A stretch of DNA of 63,706 bases, filler included, from Octopus bimaculoides (taxonomy: Eukaryota): the NCBI RefSeq assembly GCF_001194135.2. It is 5 parts of 5 records of this genome, joined end to end, with 100 filler letters (N's around TTAATTAATTAA, not from the genome) between each part and the next. Parts side by side here need not be neighbours in the genome. Positions count along the whole stretch, not along the records: positions 40,707 to 58,201 come from NC_068985.1; positions 58,302 to 60,928 come from NC_069007.1; positions 61,029 to 63,706 come from NW_026329558.1; 2 more parts are not named here. One strand, given 5' to 3'. Position numbers and translations under genes: made by a program. Numbering within the stretch: the stretch's first letter is position 1; the number at the start of each line of letters is the position of its first letter. Below, in pieces: positions 51,676 to 63,706 of this stretch. The notes below the pieces were generated by a model. It was given only the letters and a program-made list of their open reading frames with translations. It made no database searches and was not told the DNA's origin.

Positions 51676-51715
51676 GGCGACTCGAGTTTCAGGGCTATTT
51701 CCCTTCGTCATGGCC
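51676..51715 (-). ncRNA. Variant minimal hammerhead motif in a PLE pseudo-LTR-like repeat
   Basis: Minus strand: GGC-CATGACGA-AGGG(AAATAG)CCCT-GAAA-CTCGAG-TC-GCC; ACTCGAGT palindrome, GUC site. Confidence 0.7.
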
Positions 51716-51777
51716 GGTATGACAGACTTTAAAATTTAATTGGATGGAAGCGTAGCGTTTGATAATATAACAATATA

Positions 51778-51812
<35 letters not shown>

Positions 51813-51879
51813 TTATATACATTTATTTTTTTGTACTGCAGGGTGTTCAACAACACCCACCGCACCAAGCAAGCCTCGT

Positions 51880-54330
51880 GGGAGTGCCAGTTTAATCGCC
51901 AACGACCCAACCATGAAACAGGTTGTACTGGACTTCATGATACTAGTAGCACTCAAGAGTGACCTGACATACATGCATAGAGATGGATTTGTGTGTCATG
52001 AATACAATGTTTCGACTAAAGAATAAGTACAAAACGACATGGATGCACCCTGGTTCTTAGAAATGGCATCTTATAGATTAGATCATCAGGAAATGAGATA
52101 CTAGGGACTTTGCTATTGTACCAGTGATGCGTGGTGCACAGTGCTGGACTGATCATAGACTTTTGCGTGCCAAGGTGAATTTTGTTGTAAGGCCTAAGGC
52201 TAGAGCAAATGATGACAAATTACCTAAACGGATTGATGCCAATCGACTTAAGATTCAGTTAGTACGCAGTGAGTTTGTGAGTGTGATATATAGTTTGTCC
52301 TATAATGGAAGCTGGAAGTCATTCAAAGAAAGAGTGTATGAGATTTGTGGTCACATTCTTGGCTTTGTTGTAAAAAAACACCAAGATTGGTTTGACGATC
52401 ACAATGAAGTTATTCTTATCTTAGAGAAGTGAAAGGCATTTAACATATAAAATGATGACATGTCAATAAACAGGACAGTGGCTACATATTTCAAGGCAGC
52501 AAAAACAACAGTGCAGTGAGAAGCTACAGATGATGCAGGAAAATTGGTGGAGTGATAGATGCGATGAAACCCAAGACACTTCAAATGCTAACAATTCTTT
52601 TACTCTCAATTTTTTTATGGACCAGTTTCATCAAAGGTTGTGCCACTTCAGAGGAAGGATGGCACAGAATTATTAACAAATCCTAAAGATATTGCTGGGA
52701 GACGGAAATAACATTTTGATGAGTTGCTCAATAGAACCACTGAAGTTCATCTCTCTTTTCTTGATAGACCAATAAAACATCTTATAGCAGAAGTTCCAGA
52801 CCTGGCTGAAATAAAAGCAGCAAACAGGAAATTGAACAACAGAAAGGCCCTTGGTACAGATGGACTAGGTGCAGAGATATATATGGTGGTGATCATCTTT
52901 GTGCAATGTTGACGGATGTGATTCAGAGGGTTTGGCAAAGTGAAGAGGTTCCCCCGGATTGGCGTGATGCAACTATGGAGATACTATATAAATCTAAAGG
53001 TGGAAAGGATACCTGTGATAATTATTGTGGCATCTGTCTGTTAGCTGTTGCTGGAAAGGTCCTCTGTAGGGTAATGCTGGATAGATTGCTTCTGCACATT
53101 GCTGATGAGGTTCTACATGATTTGCAATGTAGGAGTACTATGGCTATATTTTCGGCAAGACAGTTGCAAGAGGAGTGCATCGAACAGGATATGGACTTAT
53201 ACCAGGTTTTCATTGACCTAACAAAAGCATTTGATTCTATCGATAGAATTGCACTTTGGGAGATCATACAAAAGCTAGGATGCCCTGAAAAATTTGTGAC
53301 AATGCTCAGACAATTTCATGACAAGATGGAAGTGAGAGTTGATGTTGGAGGTACAATATCAGATCCAATTTCTGTAGAAAATGGTGTAAAGCAAGGTGGT
53401 CTTCCTGCTCCTACACTGCTATATATTTCACAATAGTCTTTCAAATAGCTTTTAAAGATTGCCTTGAGGAGGTCTATATAAGATATAGGACAACAGGAAA
53501 ACTGTTCAATCCCAAAAGACTGTGCCAAAACGATAGTTCTGCATTCTCACCTTGTTGAGTTTCTGTATGCAGATGATTGTGACCTGTGGGCACATTCTCA
53601 GAAAGATATGCAGCACATGGTGAATGTGATGTCTGCAGCATGTGCAGTATTGGGTCTAACAATTTGAAAATGTTATAATGTACTAGCCTGCTTCCTCCAA
53701 GATGTATGTGGAACCTTTTATAACTGTGAGTGGTCAAAGGTTGGAGACTGTACCTAGATTTATTTATTTATTTAGGAGGTACCTCGAGTACTGCCGGTCT
53801 TGATGAGCAAATTTCATACAGAATCAGCAGGGCTAGTAGTGCTTTTGGTAGGATTAATAGGCATCTGTGGAAACAACATAATATATCCTCACAAATAAAA
53901 GATACATTACACATATGTCCTCCCATCTTTGCTATATGGAAGTGAGGCATGGGGTGCTTACCGTAGGCAGGTAAGGCAACTGGAAGAATTCCATCAACAC
54001 TGTCTGAGAAAAATTTTGTAGGATAAACTGGAAAATGGCCAAGAGTAATGTAGAGCTGATTGAAAGGAGTGGCAGTAGAAGTATATAGAGAGTGATTTTG
54101 CAAAGACATTTAAGGTGGGGAAACACATCTGGTATGGATGAGTGATGGACGACTGCCCAAGCAGCTGCTGGAACATAGCAGAACAGCACATAAGCCTAAA
54201 CTAAGGTTTAAGGATTACCTTTAAAATGCTCTAATACAGACAGGAAGTGCAGGTGTTAATTGGGAGGAGACACAAGACCTTGATGGATGAAGATAGTGCA
54301 CGATGGTTGTTCAAGGTTTGAGAGGGACAG
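51880..54330 (+). mobile_element. Older RTE LINE remnant (APE end plus RT)
   Basis: CWTDHRLLRAKV, YCGICLLAVAGKVL, VFIDLTKAFDSI, NGVKQG, FLYADDC; many stops. Confidence 0.85.
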
Positions 54331-54483
54331 AGTGAAGTATGAGAGAATAAGGAGGGAGACTTAGAAGGGAGAGCCACTGGAAAGTGACTGTTGCACTTTA
54401 TGTGGGCGCTATCCGGGCAGAGGTGTTTGAGTTGTACAGGCCTGGTAAACCATCAAAATTATCATCGAAGTACACACACACAC

Positions 54484-54519
<36 letters not shown>

Positions 54520-54675
54520 TAAAAGAGTTCCAACTCTGTTTTTTGTTTTATTTATATTCTTATAAAATTAATGTGGGGTATAGAATATGGAATATATAAT
54601 ATAAATAGTAAAATGAAATGAAGTATTGAATGTCTTATTGAATATGTGAAATATTGAGTATTAAATATATATAAA

Positions 54676-54717
54676 GGCTAGTATACTTTCATGCCTATTG
54701 GCATTCATCAAGGCCCC
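54676..54717 (-). ncRNA. Variant minimal hammerhead motif just 3' of a PLE GIY-YIG region
   Basis: Minus strand: GGGGC-CTTGATGA-ATGCC(AATA)GGCAT-GAAA-GTATAC-TA-GCCTT; AGTATACT palindrome, CUA site. Confidence 0.7.
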
Positions 54718-54869
54718 GTCTGACAGATGTACTGTAACAGACTGGCTGTTCTTTTGTCTTTTATACCTATTCCTTTGGACAGCAGCAGTAGGTGTTTGGC
54801 TATTTTTAGAAATGATGACATTTGTGTTTTAGTTATAGGGGTAAGATTTTTAAACCCCAAGTAAGATAA

Positions 54870-55375
54870 ATTTAATCATTGTTTGTTAAGAGTGGGTTTG
54901 AATTTCTTAATAAAGTCCTTTTCTTTGCGTTTTCTCTCAATTTCATTCAGGTTGTATAGTTTATGGAATGGAAATATCATAAAAATTTCACAACATGTTG
55001 CCAGATGGTATTTGGCAGACCTCTGGGTTTTTAATCTGTTGTCGATGCACACATGAGCATTCCGATAGTGCATTACCTGTCTGGCCAACATACAGTTCTT
55101 CACAATTAGGGCATTTGATGCAGTAGATTAGATTTCTACTTTTGCAGTTCATGTTCGCATTGGTGAATATTTTCCCTGTTTTTGTGTTCATATATGGGCC
55201 GGTATGAATTGATTGGCATGTACCGCATCGGCTATCATTGCATTTGGACACAGTGAATGTTTGATTTTTGTTGCTGAGGTCAAACCTTGCCTTTGTTAAT
55301 AGCTTTTTCAAGTTTTTAGGTTGTCTCTTACTGAGAGTTATACTTTGATCTGTAATATTTCTCAATTTCTTACTG
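54870..55375 (-). mobile_element. Penelope-like element GIY-YIG endonuclease fragment
   Basis: CNDSRCGTC...NCKSRNLIYCIKCPNCEELYVGQTG; ERKRKEKDFIKKFKPTLN; cut at its 5' side by an RTE insertion. Confidence 0.88.
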
Positions 55376-55379
55376 TGGT

Positions 55380-57790
55380 TGTAAAGTCCCCTCTCGACCC
55401 AAAGTAAAGTGGTGGTGGAACAATGTGGTTGACAGGGCTATTAGACAAAAGAAACAGGCTTCGAAGGACTGGAAGAATGGAGGTAGCAGGGAATTGTATC
55501 AGACTGCTAGAAGGGAAGCAGATAAGAAAAAGTTTGCCAATGTTCTGCGCCGTAAGGACTAAAGACTTGAAGTATTTCGTGTTGCAAGACAGTATGTGAT
55601 AGAGAATCGTGATGCCGTGGGAGAGAAATGCGTTTGCATGGATGATGGTACACTTGCACTAAATGAGGCTGCAAAGAATGAAGTTTGGAGACGCCACTAA
55701 AAAAGACTGCTCAATAAAGAGATTGAATGGGAGAAAGAGAGTCTGCCGAATGTCAACCCAACAGAGGTATATTTGCTATATTTCTGATAAGACAGCTGCA
55801 GGAGAAATACCTAGCCAAGGATAATCCAATGTACCTGGCTTTCGTTGACATGGAGAAAGCCTTTGACAGGGTCCCCCGATCCCTTATCTGGTGGTCAATG
55901 AGGAAAATAGGGATAGAAGAATGGTTAGTGAGAGCTGTGCGAGCCATGTACAGAGACGCTGTCAGTAAGGTGAGGGTTGGCAAGGAGTACAGTGAAGAAT
56001 TCCGAGTAGAGGTGGGGGTCCACCAAGGTTCTGTCCTCAGCCCCCTCCTATTTATCATAGTCCTCCAGGCGATAACAGAGGAATTCAAGACAGGATGCCC
56101 CTGGGAGCTCCTCTATGCTGATGAGCTTGCACTAATTGCTGAGTCACTATCAGAACTAGAGGAGAAGTTTCAGGTGTGGAAGCAGGGACTTAGAGTCAAA
56201 CTACCTAAAAGCAAACTCCTAATAGACAAAACACAAACCCCTTCAGGTAGATGGCCCTGCTTGATCAGTAGAAAAGGTGTAGGTAAAAACTCTATAAGAT
56301 GTACCCAGTGCAAGCTATGGACACATAAGAGGTGCAGCAATATCAAAGGCAGGTTAACTAGAAAGTTAGTTTTTATATGTAGCAGATGTTCAGGTGCAAT
56401 AAACACTGAAAATGTGCAGAAAACAAGTTCTGTCACATTCCGGGGAGAAAATCTGGTCGTAGTTGATAGCTCCCGATATCTGGGTGACCAAGTTAATAGT
56501 GGGGTGGGTGAGCTGAAAGTGTAGCTGCTAGAATAAGAATAGATGGGCAAAGTTCAGAGAGCTCTTACCTCTGCTGGCGACAAAGGGACTCTCACTCAGA
56601 GTAAAAGGCAGACTGTATGACGCATGTGTACGAACAGCCACGCTACATGGCAGTGAAACATGGGCCATGACTGCTGAGGACATGCGTAAGCTTGCAAGGA
56701 ATGAAGCCAGTATGCTCCGATGGATGAGTAATGTCAGTGTGCATACCCGACAGAGTGTAAGTATCTTGAGAGGAAAGTTGAACCTAAGAAGCATCAGTTG
56801 TGGTGTGCAAGAGAGACNNNNNNNNNNNNNNNNNNNNNNNNNNNNNNNNNNNNNNNNNNNNNNNNNNNNNNNNNNNNNNNNNNNNNNNNNNNNNNNNNNN
56901 NNNNNNNNNNNNNNNNNNNNNNNNNNNNNNNNNNNNNNNNNNNNNNNNNNNNNNNNNNNNNNNNNNNNNNNNNNNNNNNNNNNNNNNNNNNNNNNNNNNN
57001 NNNNNNNNNNNNNNNNNNNNNNNNNNNNNNNNNNNNNNNNNNNNNNNNNNNNNNNNAGCTATGTGAAAAAGTGCCACACCCTAACAGTTGAGGGAACCCG
57101 TGGAAGAGGCATGCTCAGGAAGACCTGGGATGAGATGGTGAGGCACGACCTCCGAACATTAGGCCTCACCGAGGCAATGACTTCTGACCAAGACCTTTGG
57201 AAATATGCTTCTGCTAGGGATGTAGCGAGCCCACTAACGCGTAACATTCCTTCATTGGACACTAAACTCCGCTTGCAAAGAGCTGTTGAGGCAAGTGAAA
57301 TCGAAATCAAACTAAATTTGTATACTGGCACCCATACCAACGTCTCTTTATTGAACACTAAACTCGGCTTGCGAAGACCTGTTGGGGAAAGCGAAATCGT
57401 GATGGCACCTGTACCGGTAGATCACTAAGAGCACCGGCCAAGCGTGATCGTTGCTAGAGCACCAGCCGTTAGGCTTCCGTGCTGGTGGCACATAGATAGC
57501 ATCATTTGAGCATTACCGTTACCAACGCTGCCTTCCTGGCACGTGAAAAGACATTCAAGCGAATTCATTGCTAGTACCGCTGGACTGTGCAGGTGGCAGG
57601 TAATATACACCATTTCGAGTGTGGCTATTGCCAGTACCTGCTAACTGGCCTTTGTGGTTGGCGTTAGGAAGGGCATCCAGGTGTAGAAACTCTGCCAAAT
57701 CAGATAGGAACCTGGTGTAGCCATCTGGTTCATAAGTGCTCAGTCAAATGGTCCAACCCATGCTAACATGGAAAGCAGATGCTAAACGAT
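55380..57790 (+). mobile_element. RTE-clade LINE with its 3' tail, decayed
   Basis: AFVDMEKAFDRVPR, GVHQGSVLSPLLF, LYADEL, RGRGMLRKTW; tail shared with 1490-1790. Confidence 0.92.
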
Positions 57791-57823
57791 AATATATATA
57801 CACATATATATACATACACACAG

Positions 57824-57924
<101 letters not shown>

Positions 57925-58157
57925 TATATTTACGTACATATATTTAAATACTTGTATGCATGCAAATATACTTACATATATGTATGCAAATATAGTTTCA
58001 TATAGGAGGTGGCTTAGAAGGGGGAATCTCTGGAAAGTGAGTGTTGAATTTCATGTGTGCACTATCTGGGCGGAGGTAGGTGTTAGAGCCATGCAGGCCT
58101 GGTAAGCCATCAAAATTATGAGAAATACATGCACACACACACATGTACATGCATATC

Positions 58158-58201
<44 letters not shown>

Positions 58202-58301
58202 NNNNNNNNNNNNNNNNNNNNNNNNNNNNNNNNNNNNNNNNNNNNTTAATTAATTAANNNNNNNNNNNNNNNNNNNNNNNNNNNNNNNNNNNNNNNNNNN
58301 N

Positions 58302-58860
58302 ATCAATTTTGCATCTGAAAAATGCACTAGGGTTTATTTTCGGGGGATGTCTTATATTTTTGCGGAAAAAAATCCAAGAAAGACAAAAAAGTCTCGTGTC
58401 CTTGTGTAAAAGGAAAAAATTGTAAAAAGGAAACCCATGTTTTTAGTTATCAAAAGTTCATTTATTTCCATATTGTTTCTTTAGTCAAGTAACTCTTGCA
58501 CTTTCATAACCCATTGAGGCAACTTAGATTGACGAGGCGCCTGTCTGTTCGACTGTTGTTTTAGATCCTTGGTCCATAAATACTGCAGTCTCATCCGCAG
58601 CAATTACATTGGAGACATTATATTAAGAAAAGTCGATGCTATCAACGAAGGTCTTGAATGCAAGTGTACGTTGAATCACTTCAGCATCCTCCAGCTTCAA
58701 CAGTGTTGTCAGTCTTCTTAGAGAGAGTTCATATCGCCGAAGGAAGTTATCCAACCAATGAGGTGATGCTTTGAATATCTCTGGGGGTATATCCAACTGT
58801 GGTACCATTGCAAGAGCAAATTATTGAATATCAATTGCAAGAGACCTAGAGGTGCGTCAC
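58302..58860 (-). mobile_element. pogo-family transposase remnant
   Basis: FKASPHWLDNFLRRYELSLRRLTT...NVIAADETAVFMD. Confidence 0.75.
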
Positions 58861-58949
58861 AATGCGGAATCCGGTTTACATTACACACACACACACACAG
58901 AGGAGTGCCGCGTTTTTGGCAGTATATCCACACAGATCAGAAGCACATC

Positions 58950-59669
58950 AGAGTGACGACATCAAAGATGATTTTGGATGGCTTTGCAGCGGGGAAGGCT
59001 AATTTTATGGCTCGTTTAGCCGCCATGGACAAAACTTGGGTTCGTCGTTGATTTCCAGATCCAGCAGCAATGGAGTGGTGCCGCAGCGGTTCACCGCGTC
59101 ATACGAAGCTTCGGGCTCAGAAGCCTGCTGGAAAGATACTGGCTTCAATGTTCTGAGACAAAAACAGAGTACTCCTCATAAAATATCGGGGTAAGAGTCG
59201 CACCATCAACGCAAAATGCTACATTTCTCTGTTGGACGAACTGCATGAAGCTTTGAAGCGGAAACACCATGGAAAGCTGAGCTGTGGTGTCCTGTTTTTG
59301 CAGGACAATGCACCAGCACACACTGCACATGAAACTCTGTGGAAAATACAACGCCACTTTGATATCGAATTGATAGACCACCTACCTTACTCTTCTGATT
59401 TGGTTCTCTCCGACTATCACCTCTTTCACAACTGAAGAAACATCTGAAGGGGACGAAATTTTACTCCGTTTCGAAAGTGATCGCTGCTACTGAGACCTGG
59501 TTTGAAACCCAACCTTCCGAATTCTTTTTACAGAGCTTAGAAAACTGAAGGGCTGCTACAATAAGTGTGTTAATCGGAGATGGGAATATGTTGTATAAAA
59601 TCATGATTAACTGATTATCTTGTATTTTCTTCCGCCCAAAGCTCGAAACTTTTTCAGCACCCCCTCGTA
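58950..59669 (+). mobile_element. Mariner remnant (3' part) with right TIR
   Basis: MDKTWV, GVLFLQDNAPAH, HLPYSSDLVLSDYHLF; ends aaactttttcagcaccccctcgta. Confidence 0.85.
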
Positions 59670-59679
59670 TATGCACAAG

Positions 59680-60905
59680 TATCAGGCTGAGTAAAAAGTA
59701 AGCAACCTTTTGAAACATGAAATTCATCACCATATATTTTAACAATGTGGAAATTTTATTCATCAAAGTAAGTACCATTACAATCAACACAGTTTTGCCA
59801 ATGAGTTACAAGTTTGTTTATTCCAGTAACATAAAAATCTGGAGTTCTGGAACTGATGAACTCTTTGAATGCACTTTCAGCATCGGTTTGATTTTTGAAC
59901 TCCTTCTCTCGCATCAAGTGGTAGTCGGTAGAAGAAAGGTCTGGGGAATAAGCTGGGTGGGGAAAAACTTCGTAACCAAGTTCCCTCAACTTCTCGAGTG
60001 TCATTAGGGAAACGTGTGGTTGAGCATTGTCATGAAGAATGATTGGCCCTCTTCTTTTGACCAGTCTGGAATGCAGGAGTAGCAGATTTTCGTTCATTTT
60101 GGCAATTTCATGGCAATATGTTTCTGCAGTAATGGTTTTTCCGGGTTTGAAGACGTTATAGTGGATGAGTCCAGCAGTACACCATTAAACAATCACCATA
60201 ACCTTCATTTTGAAGAGCTCGGGTTTAGGGAAGGTTTCCGGTGCTTCATTTTGGTCCAACCACTGCGAAAAGCGTTTTTTTCTTTTTTTTTATCATTGTA
60301 CAGAATCCACTTTTCATCGCAAGTTACAATAAGGTCGAGAAATGGATCGGTCTGGTTACGGAGAAGAAGCAACGAGCAAATTTCATATCTGCGCATTTTC
60401 TGATTTTTCATTCAAATTGTGTGGAACCCATTTGTCGAGCTTTTCTGATTTTCCGATCGCATGCAAATGGTTGCAGGCAGTTTTCTGGCTAACTTGAAGT
60501 TCTTTTACTAGTTCTCGAGTAGTTTTACGTGGGTCTTTCTCAATGACGGTCTTTAATTGACCGTCATCAATGACAGGTGGACCTTCACTACGCAGGCTGA
60601 GGTCTCCACTGCGAAAGCGTTTAAACCATTTTCGAGCTGACCACTCACTGGTCATTTCGTCACCAAACGTGTAGTTGATATCGCGAGCAGTTTCAGCTGC
60701 TTTACGTCCTTTTTTGAAGTTGAATAGCAAAATTGCCAGAATATCGCGCTTTGACAGTTCCATTTCAGATGATTGCAACAACGGTGGAAAAATACCGATA
60801 TTAATTTATTGATGCATATGGGCAAGTCTATGTCTCTATTATCAGACATTTGCAAAAAAATGTTTTAAAAATTTCAAAACTCTGCAAAAAACCGGTACAA
60901 ATTCT
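59680..60905 (-). mobile_element. Mariner element (Mos1/Hsmar-like), near full length, disrupted
   Basis: FKKGRKAAETARDIN, WFKRFRSGD, WVPHNL, IVTCDEKW, LHDNAQPH, HPAYSPDLSSTD. Confidence 0.9.
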
Positions 60906-61232
60906 TTATGGTTCAAAACGTAGCTTACNNNNNNNNNNNNNNNNNNNNNNNNNNNNNNNNNNNNNNNNNNNNTTAATTAATTAANNNNNNNNNNNNNNNN
61001 NNNNNNNNNNNNNNNNNNNNNNNNNNNNAAAAGACCGATAGAATAAGTACTAGGCTTACAAAGAAAAAGTCCTGGAGTACATTTGTTCGACAAAAGGCGG
61101 TGCTCCAGAATGGCCGCTGTCAAATGACTGAAACCAATAAAAGAATTAAAAAATAAAGGAATATATATAACAGGAAAGCTCTACTCTGAGTAACAGCTCT
61201 GTGATAATTTTGCACTTTCAATAAACGGCATA

Positions 61233-61929
61233 TTACTCTACCTTCCGTAGTCGAGTACTATTTTGCCCACCTTGTTTTGCACGTATGTACTCACCTGTGT
61301 GTGTGTATGTATATATGTATGTGTGTGTGTGTATATATACATATAGATAGATATATACATAATACATACATACATATATATATATACACACATGCGTGTG
61401 AGTATGTAGCAATATATATATATANNNNNNNNNNNNNNNNNNNNNNNNNNNNNNNNNNNNNNNNNNNNNNNNNNNNNNNNNNNNNNNNNNNNNNNNNNNN
61501 NNNNNNNNNNNNNNNNNNNNNNNNNNNNNNNNNNNNNNNNNNNNNNNNNNNNNNNNNNNNNNNNNNNNNNNNNNNNNNNNNNNNNNNNNNNNNNNNNNNN
61601 NNNNNNNNNNNNNNNNNNNNNNNNNNNNNNNNNNNNNNNNNNNNNNNNNNNNNNNNNNNNNNNNNNNNNNNNNNNNNNNNNNNNNNNNNNNNNNNNNNNN
61701 NNNNNNNNNNNNNNNNNNNNNNNNNNNNNNNNNNNNNNNNNNNNNNNNNNNNNNNNNNNNNNNNNNNNNNNNNNNNNNNNNNNNNNNNNNNNNNNNNNNN
61801 NNNNNNNNNNNNNNNNNNNNNNNNNNNNNNNNNNNNNNNNNNNNNNNNNNNNNNNNNNNNNNNNNNNNNNNNNNNNNNNNNNNNNNNNNNNNNNNNNNNN
61901 NNNNNNNNNNNNNNNNNNNNNNNNNNNNN

Positions 61930-61965
<36 letters not shown>

Positions 61966-62109
61966 TATATATATATGTACTCATACACACATATGTATAT
62001 ATACGCATATATATACACACATATGTATACATATATACATACACATATATGTATATATCTATGAATATATGTGTGTATGAATGTATGTATGTATATGAAT
62101 ATATGAATG

Positions 62110-62140
<31 letters not shown>

Positions 62141-62363
62141 ATACAGAAACAGACAGAGAAGCATTGTTACCATAAGCAGACACAATCAGTGTTTGATGTT
62201 CGATGTAAATAGCAATAAAACCAAGACAGATCAATAAATGGAGATTATGGTGTGTATAGAGTTCTATACAAGATTTGTTAATATGATAATGTGTGTATAA
62301 TATATGGGTGCGTATAAAGTGGTTTCGTGTCGTTATTGCGTACGGTTATTTGTGTTACTTAAG

Positions 62364-62420
<57 letters not shown>

Positions 62421-62530
62421 CATGTATGTATACATATATGTGTGTCGGTTTATGTATATATGTACATATTTGTATATGTATATGCTTGTGTCTATGTATA
62501 TGTGTATGTATATGTACATGTATATGCGTA

Positions 62531-62588
<58 letters not shown>

Positions 62589-62990
62589 TACACATACATA
62601 TATACATATACGTACATATTCACACACGCAAATATACATATATTCATGTGTGTGTATATACGTATGTATATATGCGTATGTGCGTGTGTGTGTGTGCATA
62701 TATATATGTATGTATATATGTACGTGTGTATATATATATATGTATATATATATATATGTATATGTATATATATATGTATGTATATATGTATATATGTACA
62801 TTTATATATATATCCTTTTGTGTGTGTGTGTATACATTGTTTATTAATATTTACTTTGTTTATATAGTATAATCCAATATCTGTGTGTGTGTATACACAC
62901 TTGTTTACACACACACATACACACGCATACACATATATACATATCCTCTCTCTCTCTCTCTCTCACAAACACACACACACACACCTGATG
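61233..62990. repeat. (AT)n/(GT)n-derived low-complexity tract with N gaps
   Basis: Direct reading; gives YI/CV ORFs in all frames. Confidence 0.9.
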
Positions 62991-63199
62991 CTTTTGTTGA
63001 ATGGAGACGCGGTCATTTCCAGACGGACCTATTATAAAAGTATGACGTATTGCAACCCCCCAACTCCCAACCGCCACCGCCAACGCCGCGACCGCCCGCC
63101 CAAGCGCCCAAGCGCCCACCCGCCCACGACCACCACCAACAGAAACAACCGCGACAACAACAACAAAAAACAAGATCCGCAATCTGTGTGACATTAATC

Positions 63200-63292
63200 A
63201 CCAATATCGCCGTCATCACCATCACCATCATCAGCATCATCAGCAGCATCGTAATTATGATCGTCAGCGTCGTTTTCTCATCATCCTCGTGA

Positions 63293-63323
<31 letters not shown>

Positions 63324-63706
63324 CCTCACCGTTATCGTCGCCATCGTCCTCATCGTTCTCCCCTTCCTCCTCGTCTTCCGCCTCATCATCATCATCATCA
63401 TCGTCATCGCCATCGTCGTCATCATCATCATCGTAATCCTCTTTCTCCTTCGACCATCAGCTCCTCTGCCTCCTCCTCCTCCTCCACCACCTCATCATCA
63501 TCATCATCATCATCATCATTGCTATCATCATCGGCATCACCGACATCGTTTTCATCAAGGCCATCATCATCATCATCATCAAAATGAACTTCATCAGTAT
63601 CGCTATCAGTAACGACCTACATAATTTACCGCCACCACCATCATCATCAACATCATCAACATCATCAACATCATCATCATCGGGAGCAGCAGCAGCAGCA
63701 GCAGCA
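63200..63706. repeat. (ATC)n/(CAT)n trinucleotide low-complexity tract
   Basis: Direct reading. Confidence 0.9.

Overview
AT-rich, microsatellite- and transposon-dense animal genomic DNA from a short-read draft assembly. The SINE, RTE and mariner repertoire and the (AT)n/(ATC)n load point to an octopus-type cephalopod; that species call is inference. Two host genes are partly present. Five spliced exons (833-8837, +) encode TM6-TM10 of an SLC6 Na+-dependent transporter of the inebriated (INE) type. Three exons (46169-40862, -) encode part of U1 snRNP 70K (SNRNP70). The rest is mobile DNA: L1/Tx1, RTE and Dong/R4 LINE fragments, three Penelope-like elements (PLEs), mariner, pogo and piggyBac elements, several SINE families, minisatellites and many inverted repeats. 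Four 100-bp linkers (44N-TTAATTAATTAA-44N) are artificial contig joins, so gene order across them is unproven. The most interesting signal is absent from the ORF track: four minimal hammerhead-ribozyme-like motifs on the minus strand (12883, 34907, 51676, 54676), each with a (near-)palindromic helix III. Two of them form a homologous pair with four compensatory base-pair changes and a shared non-canonical core. One lies in a 378-bp non-coding insertion with a 12-bp target-site duplication. None has been tested for activity. Boundaries of decayed repeats are approximate.
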